Part shown: in pieces, positions 28,854-38,183 of the stretch
How positions within the stretch are numbered: position 1 is the stretch's first letter
Layout of the letters: each line of letters begins with the position of its first letter
Source: Candidatus Krumholzibacteriia bacterium
GTDB taxonomy: Bacteria > Krumholzibacteriota > Krumholzibacteriia > LZORAL124-64-63
Assembly (NCBI GenBank): GCA_050174015.1
Contig: JBFXKG010000008.1
Coordinates: 1-64,000, forward strand
Reading direction: 5' to 3'
DNA length: 64,000 nucleotides
The notes under the pieces: generated by a model
What the model was told of the DNA's origin: nothing
Seen by the model: only the letters and a program-made list of their open reading frames with translations
Databases searched by the model: none
Position numbers and translations under genes: made by a program

Positions 28854-30488
28854 ATGAAACCGATCAGGGACCACGAACCGGGGGAGGGTGGGCGGATCTG
28901 GCCCGTGCCTCCGGCGGACGAGGCGCCCGAACCCGCGGGCGAACACTCGCTGAACGAGGCCCGGATGAGGGAGATGGGCTACGCCATGGTCGACCTGGCC
29001 GTGGAGTATCTCAAGGGCCTGGAGGGCCGCCGGGTCTACGGACCGGTGTCTCCCGCCGGCCTGGACGAGATGTTCAGCGAACCGATGCCCGACGACCCGG
29101 TGCCCTTCCAGGAACTGGTCCAGGACTGCCGCACGCGGGTCTTTCCCAACACCATGGGCATCGGCAGCCGCCGCTACTTCGGGATGATGAATCCCGCGCC
29201 CCTGCCGGTCGCCGTCTTCAGCGAGGCCCTGACCGCGGCCATGAACCAGAACGCCGCCTCCTGGCGGCACGCCCCCAGCGGGACGGCGATCGAGAAGACC
29301 GTCATCCGCTGGCTGTGCGACCTGTTCGGACTGCCGCGGGACAGCTTCGGAACCCTGACCCCGGGAGGGTCCCTGGCCAACATCACCGGGCTGAAGCTGG
29401 CCATCAACCGCAAGCTGGGCCGGCATCTGGCCCAGGTGGACAACCTCGAAGGCCCGGGCGAGGCGATGGCCAGGCTGGTCTTCTACGTCTCGGCCCAGGC
29501 CCATTACAGCTTCGACAAGGCCGTCGACCTCCTGGGGCTCGGGCGCGGGCAGCTGCGGAAGATCCCCGTGGACGGTTTGTACCGCATCGATCCCGTCCTG
29601 CTCGAGGAAGCGGTGGAGCAGGACAAGGCCGCGGGTCTGAACCCCTGCTGCATCATCGGCGTCGCCGGGACCACCAACACCGGCAGCATCGACAAGCTGG
29701 ACCGTGTGGCCTCCGTCGCCCGGCGCCACGGGTGCTGGTTCCACGTGGACGCCGCCTATGGCGGGGCGGTGATCCTCTCCAAGATGTACGGATCGATGCT
29801 GCGCGGCATCGAGTCGGCCGATTCCATCACCGTCGACCCGCACAAGTGGTTCTACATGCCGTTCTCGGCGGGGGGGATCCTGGTTCGCGACGGCGACTTC
29901 CTGCGCCGCAGCTTCCTGGTTCACCCCGAGTACTACATGGAGAAGGTGCTGCGGGACGGGGACGAGTCCCACGAGGTCCACAGCAACGGCCACGGCCACC
30001 GGGTGATGCCGGACACCCGCGGTTTCCACCACGGGGACAAGGTGAACTTCTTCCAGTACGGCATCCAGGGCAGCCGCCGGCTGGACGCCCTGAAGCTGTG
30101 GCTGGGCTTCCGGATGGTGGGCAAGAAGCAGTTCGCGGCCTGGGTCGAAAACGACATCGAGCTGGCTCGGCGCATGGCCGCACGCATCAACCGCATCGCC
30201 GACTTCCGGATCCTGGGGCCCAACACCCTGGGCATCTGCAACTTCCGGTGGGAACCCGTCGGCCCCGACGGGGGTTTGCGGTTCGACGACGAGGAGAACG
30301 ACCAGCTCAACCGCGACCTGCAGGAGCTGGTGGAGCGCGACGGCGACGCCTGGTTCAGCTACACCATCCTGGACGGCAGGGTCGCCCTGCGGGTCAACGT
30401 GGAAAACCGCTGCATGGAGCAGAGCGACATCGACCGCCTGATCGAGGTGATCAAGCGTGCGGCGGCCAGGATCCTGGCCGAGAAGTGA
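28854..30488 (+). CDS. Group II PLP-dependent amino-acid decarboxylase (diaminobutyrate/glutamate/tyrosine decarboxylase-like)
   Basis: PLP-lysine motif ..SITVDPHKWFYMPFSAGGILVRD.. and the overall fold-type I decarboxylase layout. 4-nt gap to the HAD gene. Confidence 0.8.
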   Translation: MKPIRDHEPGEGGRIWPVPPADEAPEPAGEHSLNEARMREMGYAMVDLAVEYLKGLEGRRVYGPVSPAGLDEMFSEPMPDDPVPFQELVQDCRTRVFPNTMGIGSRRYFGMMNPAPLPVAVFSEALTAAMNQNAASWRHAPSGTAIEKTVIRWLCDLFGLPRDSFGTLTPGGSLANITGLKLAINRKLGRHLAQVDNLEGPGEAMARLVFYVSAQAHYSFDKAVDLLGLGRGQLRKIPVDGLYRIDPVLLEEAVEQDKAAGLNPCCIIGVAGTTNTGSIDKLDRVASVARRHGCWFHVDAAYGGAVILSKMYGSMLRGIESADSITVDPHKWFYMPFSAGGILVRDGDFLRRSFLVHPEYYMEKVLRDGDESHEVHSNGHGHRVMPDTRGFHHGDKVNFFQYGIQGSRRLDALKLWLGFRMVGKKQFAAWVENDIELARRMAARINRIADFRILGPNTLGICNFRWEPVGPDGGLRFDDEENDQLNRDLQELVERDGDAWFSYTILDGRVALRVNVENRCMEQSDIDRLIEVIKRAAARILAEK

Positions 30489-30531
30489 CGAACGTTCGCG
30501 GCGCCGGAACGCCGCTCGACCGGAGGAAACC

Positions 30532-31008
30532 ATGAGGAGACTGCTGATACCCGTCCTGGCCCTGTCCGTGATCTGCCTGGCCCCGGTCGCTCACGCCGCC
30601 GTGAAGACCTCGGCCGACGTGGTCGAGGCCGCCCCCGCGGTCGCCACCGTCACGGCCAAGCCCGGCCAGCGCGTGGACTTCACCATCAAGGTCGACATCG
30701 ACCACACCTGGCACCTCTACGCCCACGGGGACACCAACTTCCTGGGCATCGACCTGGTGCCCGACGAGTTCTTCCCCCTGCAGGACTTCCAGGCCACCTA
30801 CCCCGAGGGCAAGGCGAAGAAGTTCTTCGGCGAAATGGTCCTGATGATCGAGGGCAGCCAGGTCATCAAGGCCTCGGCCCTGGTCCCCCCCGGCATGCAG
30901 GCCGGGGAGCAGCCCCTGGACCTGGTCGTGGCCGTCCAGGCCTGCGACGACAAGACCTGCCTGCAGCCGGCGAGGATTCCGGTCAGCTTGACGCTCAAGG
31001 TGGAGTGA
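30532..31008 (+). CDS. Secreted DsbD-N-terminal-domain-like (thiol-disulfide interchange alpha-domain) protein
   Basis: Signal peptide MRRLLIPVLALSVICLAPVAHA (M26 of the track ORF). ..WHLYAHGD.. and a C-terminal ..QACDDKTCLQP.. pair of Cys. Confidence 0.6.
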   Translation: MRRLLIPVLALSVICLAPVAHAAVKTSADVVEAAPAVATVTAKPGQRVDFTIKVDIDHTWHLYAHGDTNFLGIDLVPDEFFPLQDFQATYPEGKAKKFFGEMVLMIEGSQVIKASALVPPGMQAGEQPLDLVVAVQACDDKTCLQPARIPVSLTLKVE

Positions 31009-31012
31009 CGGA

Positions 31013-31279
31013 ATGACCATCTACCTCGGCAACCTGCCGCCGGACGCCACCGAGGAGGCGGTTCGGGGCCTGTTCGCAGCCTTCGGTCCCGTGCAGCAGG
31101 TGACCCTCATCACCGATCCGGAAACGGGCGAGCCGCGCGGCTTCGGCTTCGTGGTCATGGCCGACGAGGCGGCGGGGGCGGCCATCGAGGCCCTCGACGG
31201 CGCCGAGTTCGCGGGAGCCATGCTGAGGGTGAACGAGGCCCGCGATCGCGGGGCCAAGCCGCCCCGCCGGGCCTGGTGA
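31013..31279 (+). CDS. RRM-type RNA-binding protein
   Basis: RNP-2 IYLGNL and RNP-1 RGFGFVVM. Confidence 0.85.
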   Translation: MTIYLGNLPPDATEEAVRGLFAAFGPVQQVTLITDPETGEPRGFGFVVMADEAAGAAIEALDGAEFAGAMLRVNEARDRGAKPPRRAW

Positions 31280-31305
31280 ATCCCTGCCGATGAATCATTG
31301 CCGAT

Positions 31306-31334
31306 GAAAAACGAGGGGGCCGGCCGGCCCCCTC
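31306..31334. terminator. 22-nt perfect palindrome GAGGGGGCCGGCCGGCCCCCTC with an A/U-run; bidirectional, with the better U-tract for the minus-strand TPR gene
   Basis: Read from the sequence, between the convergent RRM and TPR genes. Confidence 0.55.
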
Positions 31335-31352
31335 GTCCCCGACCTCACCTGA

Positions 31353-32468
31353 TCAACGGTTCTGTTCGCCAGGTTGCGCAGTGGTGTCTGCGGCGATGGT
31401 CGGTGCGGGCGTTGCGTCCGTCCCCGCCTGCTCGCCGCGGGCGGCGACCACGGCGGAGGATCCGGCCTGGAACCGCAGGGCTGCGGCCGCCAGGTCGAAG
31501 GGAATGAGATCGCCCGACTCGACGCGGTCCGCGAGGCGATCGAGGCTCTCGGAGGCCTTGGCGTAGGCGGCGTCCAGTTCGAGCGCCTTGAGGTAGGCGT
31601 CCCGCGCCGCGCCGACGTATCCGGACCGCTCCAGGGCCACGCCCAGGTTGTTCGCGATGCAGACCGAGGTGCTGTCGCGCAGGGCGGCGCAGGCCATCAC
31701 CGGCAGGGCTTCCTCGAATCGCTCCTGCTGGATGAGCAGCAGGCCCAGGTTGTTCAGCGACCAGACGTCGCCAGGATCCTTCTCGAGGATGGTCCGGTAG
31801 GCCCGTTCCGCTTCGGCGACCTGGCCCAGGTTGAACAGGGCGCGGGCCAGGACCCGCGGGGCGGAGGGGTCGTCTCCCGCGGCCACGGCCTTTTCCGCCT
31901 GCACGAGAGCCTCGTCGTTGCGGTTCATTTCCATCAGCACGCGGGCGTGGTTGACCAGGCTCTTGGCGTGGTCGGGCTTGATGGCCAGGGCGGCCAGGAA
32001 TCCCTCCTCGGCCTCCTCGGGATCGCCGGCCTTCCACCTGGCCATGCCCAGCATGTAGTGGCCCCAGGCGTTGCCGGAATGGGTCTCGGTGTAGGCGAGG
32101 AAGAGGTCCACGGCCTCCTCGTAGCGGCGGTCGAGGTAGGCGGTCTCCGCCTCGGCGTAGGTGACCTCGCGGTGGGGCGGGGAAGCGACCGGCTCGGCGG
32201 CGGATTCGGGTTCGGCCGCCGCCACGGCGACGGAATCGGCTCCGGATCCGGCGGCCGCCTGGGGGTCGTCCCCGGCGTCCTGACCGGCCGCCACGGGAGG
32301 GGCGGTCCTGTCGGGGGCGGGTGCTGCGCTCTCGACGACAGGCGACTCCTTCTGCCCGTTCGAGGCCACCCGCACCCCGACGAAGACCGTCAGACCGAGA
32401 ATGAGGACGAAGAGGATGCCCGCTTCGGCGAACTTCAATCCGCTCCGGGGCTGGTTCTGCTTGTTCAT
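31353..32468 (-). CDS. TPR-repeat protein with an N-terminal TM anchor and an acidic Ala/Pro-rich linker
   Basis: Start is M134 of track ORF 31353..32867, with an AAGGAG RBS. TM LKFAEAGILFVLILGLTVFVGV, then at least six TPR units. Confidence 0.75.
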   Translation of the reverse strand: MNKQNQPRSGLKFAEAGILFVLILGLTVFVGVRVASNGQKESPVVESAAPAPDRTAPPVAAGQDAGDDPQAAAGSGADSVAVAAAEPESAAEPVASPPHREVTYAEAETAYLDRRYEEAVDLFLAYTETHSGNAWGHYMLGMARWKAGDPEEAEEGFLAALAIKPDHAKSLVNHARVLMEMNRNDEALVQAEKAVAAGDDPSAPRVLARALFNLGQVAEAERAYRTILEKDPGDVWSLNNLGLLLIQQERFEEALPVMACAALRDSTSVCIANNLGVALERSGYVGAARDAYLKALELDAAYAKASESLDRLADRVESGDLIPFDLAAAALRFQAGSSAVVAARGEQAGTDATPAPTIAADTTAQPGEQNR

Positions 32469-32597
32469 GGCTGGCTCCTTGGCTCGGGTGGACGTTGGCT
32501 GTCGACAACGGGGAAGGAGCAGGGTCCGGACCCGGGACGGGCATGCCGAATCAGGCGGAAAGTCCCCGGTTCCGGGCGTTTCGGGGGAGAAGGCGAA

Positions 32598-32625
32598 CCG
32601 GGCGTGTCCATCTGGACACGCCCGG
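32598..32625. promoter_or_regulatory. Perfect 13-bp inverted repeat CCGGGCGTGTCCA-tc-TGGACACGCCCGG in a divergent intergenic region
   Basis: Read from the sequence. Lies between a candidate small ORF (minus) and the TPR gene start. Candidate operator or attenuator hairpin. Confidence 0.4.
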
Positions 32626-32650
32626 TTGTGGTCGTCTCGACACCTGCCGG

Positions 32651-32830
32651 CTAGCGTCGGGGATCGTCGGGCAAGGGGAGCTGAAGCCGGGGCCGGGGGG
32701 CTTCGGGCTGCTCCCGCCTCAGACGGCAAATCTCCTCGAGGGCCGGATGCAGGCCGACGGGGGCCTCCTTCCGGGGACGGGGGGTGACCTTGAGCAGGCG
32801 GGCGAGGGGCATGGTCCTGGTTCCGTTCAT
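32651..32830 (-). CDS. Candidate small ORF (59 aa, Arg/Pro-rich: MNGTRTMPLARLLKVTPRPRKEAPVGLHPALEEICRLRREQ...) with a strong SD
   Basis: GGAAAGGAGA RBS 5 nt before the ATG. About 85% GC3. Below the track length cut-off. Lies upstream of the inverted repeat and the TPR gene. Confidence 0.3.
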   Translation of the reverse strand: MNGTRTMPLARLLKVTPRPRKEAPVGLHPALEEICRLRREQPEAPRPRLQLPLPDDPRR

Positions 32831-32975
32831 GGCGGTCTCCTTTCCTGATGCACGGGATCATCGGCAAGTTTCAGGAGAGGATAAGCAAGGATCGTGTGCC
32901 GGAGGTGCGGATCGCGTGGAGATTCGATTATCATGGCGTCAAGATCGTGTGAACGCCATGTCCGGAGGGACCGCC

Positions 32976-34175
32976 ATGCTGCGCCTGACCGTCATCGCCC
33001 TCGCCCTCGCCCTCGTGACAGCTGTTCCTGCGGCTGCGGATTTCGCCGTGGGCACGACCAGCCGGACTTTCAGCGACCCTGACCGCGGCGGGCGCGCCGT
33101 CGGCGCCGACCTCTATTACCCGGCGGTTTCCGCAGGAGCGAACCAGCCCGTCGCCGACCCCGGTCCCCAGGGATTCGCCGTGGTGGCCTTCGGGCACGGC
33201 TACCTGCTGAGCGCCTCGCTCTACCAGTGGGTCGCCGCCGACCTCGCCGCCAAGGGCTGTGTCGTGGCCGTGGCCCGCACCGGGGGCGAACTGTTTCCCG
33301 ACCATGCGGCTTTCGGGGAGGATCTGGCGTTCCTGACCCGGGCCGTCAAGGCCCTGGGCGACGACTCCGGCTCCGATCTTTTCGGCCGCCTCAACGGCCG
33401 TTCGGCCGTGGCCGGGCACAGCATGGGAGGCGGGGCGTCCTTCCTGGCGGCCGCCTCGGACCCGGCGATCACCGGTCTGTTCGCCTTCGCGCCCGCGGAG
33501 ACCGATCCCTCGGCGATCGGCGCCTCGGCGGCCATCGGACGTCCCCTTCTCATCATGGCCGGATCGCAGGATTGCGTCACGCCGCCGGCCGACCACCAGA
33601 TCCCCATGTACCAGGCGGCCCTGACCGGCTGGCGGACCCTGGTGACGCTCACGGGCGCCAGCCACTGCCAGTTCAACGCCAACAGCCTGACCTGCAACCT
33701 GGGCGAGTTCTGCAGCGCCACCATCTCCCGCCAGGTCCAGCAGGAGCGGGCGCTGGCGGTCCTCGCCCCCTGGGTGAGGGCCGTCCTGTTCGCGGAGCCC
33801 GGCGCCCTGGACGAGTTCCGCAGCCTGATCGCGGCGGCCGACGACCTGACCTACGAGGAGGCCGGTCTGCCGTCGGCGGCGGGTGGGGACCGGGGCCGCA
33901 GAATGGCGCTGACCGCGGAGGGGCCGAGCCCGGCGGGATCCCGCCTCGCCTTTCGCCTGGAAGGGGCCGAGCCGGGGCCGGTGACCGTGGTGGTGTTCGA
34001 CCTGCGCGGCCGGCTGGTGAGGACCTGGACGGACGAAGCCGGCTCGGACGGCCGGATGCAGGGGAACTGGAACGGGCAGGACGCCGGCGGCGGACCTGCC
34101 GCAGCAGGCGTCTACTTCGTGCGGGTGCGGACGGGGGCCGGTCAGGCCGACCTCAAGTTCTCCCTCGTGCGCTGA
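32976..34175 (+). CDS. Secreted alpha/beta hydrolase of the cutinase/PET-hydrolase/chlorophyllase-like lipase type, with a T9SS CTD
   Basis: Nucleophile elbow ..AVAGHSMGGGASF.. (compare actinobacterial cutinase GHSMGGGG), plus ..FAVVAFGHGY.. and a Cys pair near the C-terminus. CTD ..GVYFVRVRTGAGQADLKFSLVR. GGAGGGA RBS before the ATG at 32976; an alternative ATG lies at 32958. Confidence 0.75.
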   Translation: MLRLTVIALALALVTAVPAAADFAVGTTSRTFSDPDRGGRAVGADLYYPAVSAGANQPVADPGPQGFAVVAFGHGYLLSASLYQWVAADLAAKGCVVAVARTGGELFPDHAAFGEDLAFLTRAVKALGDDSGSDLFGRLNGRSAVAGHSMGGGASFLAAASDPAITGLFAFAPAETDPSAIGASAAIGRPLLIMAGSQDCVTPPADHQIPMYQAALTGWRTLVTLTGASHCQFNANSLTCNLGEFCSATISRQVQQERALAVLAPWVRAVLFAEPGALDEFRSLIAAADDLTYEEAGLPSAAGGDRGRRMALTAEGPSPAGSRLAFRLEGAEPGPVTVVVFDLRGRLVRTWTDEAGSDGRMQGNWNGQDAGGGPAAAGVYFVRVRTGAGQADLKFSLVR

Positions 34176-34180
34176 TGGGA

Positions 34181-34200
34181 GCCGGGGGATTTCCCCCGGC
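34181..34200. terminator. Perfect hairpin GCCGGGGG-ATTT-CCCCCGGC between the convergent hydrolase and SppA genes
   Basis: Read from the sequence. No U-tract. Confidence 0.35.
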
Positions 34201-34220
34201 CCTGGCCTTGCCGGCGCGGA

Positions 34221-36803
34221 TCAATAGTCCCGGCGCCACTCCTGCGGCAGCATCCCCGGCTCGATGACCATCAGCGGGCGACCGGGCTGGTCGGCGATGG
34301 CCTTGAGGTACCCGATGTCTGACGCGTCCAGGCCGGGGGCGAACCAGGCTGACGGATCCCCTGCGGCGGCCTCCAGGGCCTCCGCGCGGGCGATCATCCC
34401 CGCGGTCCACCCGTTGATCCGCGTGCCCACGCCCAGCAGGGAGGGCAGCTCGGGCAGCAGGCTGGGCAGCTCGATCAGCGGCCGGGGCGGATATTCGGTG
34501 ATCTCGACCTCCTGCCATTCCGGAATGCCGGCCAGTTCCCGGGCGCGGGCGATGGCGTCGGCCAGGGAGCCGATCCCGTCGCACAGGCCGTGATCGACGG
34601 CGTCCTCGCCCATCCACACCCGGCCCTGGGCCACCTCGGCCACGGCGTCGAACTCCAGGCCCCGGCCCTCGGCCACGGCGCTCACGAACCCCGCGTACAT
34701 GTCCCGGATCAGCTTCTCCGTGCGGTCCATCTCCTCCGGGGTCATGGCCCGGCGGGGAATGCCCCCGAGGAAGGGCAGGTTGACCGTGGAGTAGAGGTCG
34801 GCGTGACGGCCGCGGCTGACCACGTCCGAGGTCACGCCCATCTTCCCGGCGAATCCGTCGTCCCAGACCCAGCCGCTGATCACCCCGATGGACCCGGTGA
34901 CGGTCAGGGGCGTGGTCAGGATCTCGGTGCCGTCCATGCTGATCCAGTAGCCGCCGCTGGCGGCCACGTCGCCCTGGCTGACGATCACGGGCTTGCCGGC
35001 TTCCTTGAGGATGCGGGTGGCCCCGGCGATCTGGTCGCTGGCCAGGCCGTCGCCCCCGGGGGAGTCGGCGCGCAGGACGACCGCGGCGACCGAGGGGTCG
35101 CGGGCGAGCCGGCGCATGTAGGCGCCGGTGGCGCGGCCCTTGATGCCCTCGTCCATGGCGCACACGCCGAGGGCGTAGACCACGGGAATGCGCCTGGGGC
35201 GGCCCCACTGCTCATCCCAGCGGCGCGGCGCCGCCGGTTCGGGGACCTGACCGGCGGGCTTCAGGCCGCGGTCCTCGTCCAGCCACTCGGAATAGGCGTT
35301 CCAGCGCATGAGGGTGTCCACCAGGCCGGCCGCCAGGGCCTCGTCCGCGGTCAGGAAACCCTGTTCGTCCACGATCCGGTCGAACTCCGTCGGTGCCAGG
35401 GCGCGGCCGGCGGACGTTCCTTCTCGCTGGACGGCGTAGATCACGTCGACGATGCGCTGCCGCTGCTCGCGGTCGGCGTCGGACATCGAGTCGCGGCTGA
35501 GGGTCTCGGCGGCGCTCTTGTACTTGAAGTACCGGTGCTCCTGGAAGCCCAGGCCCAGCTTCTCGAGGGTGCCCTTGAGGTAGGTGCGGGACAGCACGGT
35601 TCCCGGCAGCTCGATCTGGCCCCAGGGATCGAGGGTGATGCGGTCGGCCACCGAGGCGAGGAAGTACGTGCTCTGGTCGAGGCGGTCCCCGTGGATCACG
35701 ATGGTCTTGCCGGAGGCCCTGATGCGCTCCAGCTGCTGCCGCAGCTCCCAGATCAGGGAGGGCCTCGCCCTCAGGCCGGCGACGTTCACGGCCACCAGAT
35801 CGATCCTGTCGTCCATCCGGAGGCCCTCGAGCACCGGCAGCAGGTCCAGCCAGGCCACCCTCTTGTCGTCGAACCAGCGGTGCTTCTGGTAGGTCAGGAT
35901 CTTGTTCTCGAGATCGACGGAATAATACTCGCGGCGCCGGGGGATCTCGAAGGCGCGGGGGTCCATCCCGCCGGTCGGAGGGGACGACCGCATCAGCACC
36001 GCAGCGAAGGTGTCGTCGCCGTTCTCGTCGACCGAGGGCAGCCCCAGCAAGCCGGTCTCTCCCACGGTGAGCCCCAGGGTGAAGGTGTACTGCAGGTCGT
36101 CCGTACCGGCGGATTCCCGGACCCGTCCACCCAGGTGCAGGCCGGTCAAGGGACGGACCTCCAGACCCGCGCCCCAGTCGCCCTCGTCGAAGAAGGCCTG
36201 GTCCCGGTCGGAGGTCCAGTCGGCGAACAGGGTCAACCAGGGGCGGCCCAGGGGCCGCAGGCCCACGTCGACCACCGTCTGGCCGGCGGCGGCCTCCAGG
36301 CTCAGGGCATGGGAGGCGCCCAGGGTGAACCACCGGGACGGCCGCCCGACGAACCCGGCCACCAGGGCCTTGTGCCGGGGCGTGCGGCCGGTCTCGCCGT
36401 GGCCCCAGCGGTAGCCGAGGCCGAAGGATCCGGCCCGGTTGGATCCCGCCAAGCCCAGCTGGAAGTCGGTCACGGAGTAGTCGCCACCGTCCCCGAGGTA
36501 CTCCTGGGTGAACACGGAGAAGTTCACCCGGCGCCCGAAGGCCAGACCCCAGCTCTCGAGATCCAGGTCCTCGTCCCGGCCCGTCCACACGTCCAGCCCC
36601 ACCCGGGAGTTCAGGGCGTAGGCGGCGGGGTTGAACAGGCCGCCGACCGGGCCGGCGGTCACGCTGGGGCTCTGGGGAAGCATCCAGCTGCCGGTGCGGT
36701 AGTCGGTCAGGGGCAGGGTGCCGGGTTCGGCCAGGGCGGGAATCGCTGTCCCGGCGACGATGGCCAGGCAGACCAGGGTGGACAGGACGGGACGGATGCG
36801 CAT
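34221..36803 (-). CDS. sppA: Signal peptide peptidase SppA (67K type, tandem S49 domains) fused to a ~270-aa N-terminal domain with a beta-barrel-like alternating pattern
   Basis: S49 motifs (..VVLRADSPGGDGLASDQI.., ..VIVSQGDVAASGGYWIS..). Signal peptide MRIRPVLSTLVCLAIVAGTAIPALA (M342 of the track ORF), GAGG RBS. Confidence 0.8.
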   Translation of the reverse strand: MRIRPVLSTLVCLAIVAGTAIPALAEPGTLPLTDYRTGSWMLPQSPSVTAGPVGGLFNPAAYALNSRVGLDVWTGRDEDLDLESWGLAFGRRVNFSVFTQEYLGDGGDYSVTDFQLGLAGSNRAGSFGLGYRWGHGETGRTPRHKALVAGFVGRPSRWFTLGASHALSLEAAAGQTVVDVGLRPLGRPWLTLFADWTSDRDQAFFDEGDWGAGLEVRPLTGLHLGGRVRESAGTDDLQYTFTLGLTVGETGLLGLPSVDENGDDTFAAVLMRSSPPTGGMDPRAFEIPRRREYYSVDLENKILTYQKHRWFDDKRVAWLDLLPVLEGLRMDDRIDLVAVNVAGLRARPSLIWELRQQLERIRASGKTIVIHGDRLDQSTYFLASVADRITLDPWGQIELPGTVLSRTYLKGTLEKLGLGFQEHRYFKYKSAAETLSRDSMSDADREQRQRIVDVIYAVQREGTSAGRALAPTEFDRIVDEQGFLTADEALAAGLVDTLMRWNAYSEWLDEDRGLKPAGQVPEPAAPRRWDEQWGRPRRIPVVYALGVCAMDEGIKGRATGAYMRRLARDPSVAAVVLRADSPGGDGLASDQIAGATRILKEAGKPVIVSQGDVAASGGYWISMDGTEILTTPLTVTGSIGVISGWVWDDGFAGKMGVTSDVVSRGRHADLYSTVNLPFLGGIPRRAMTPEEMDRTEKLIRDMYAGFVSAVAEGRGLEFDAVAEVAQGRVWMGEDAVDHGLCDGIGSLADAIARARELAGIPEWQEVEITEYPPRPLIELPSLLPELPSLLGVGTRINGWTAGMIARAEALEAAAGDPSAWFAPGLDASDIGYLKAIADQPGRPLMVIEPGMLPQEWRRDY

Positions 36804-36814
36804 GGTGAACCTCG

Positions 36815-38182
<1,368 letters not shown>

Positions 38183-38183
38183 G

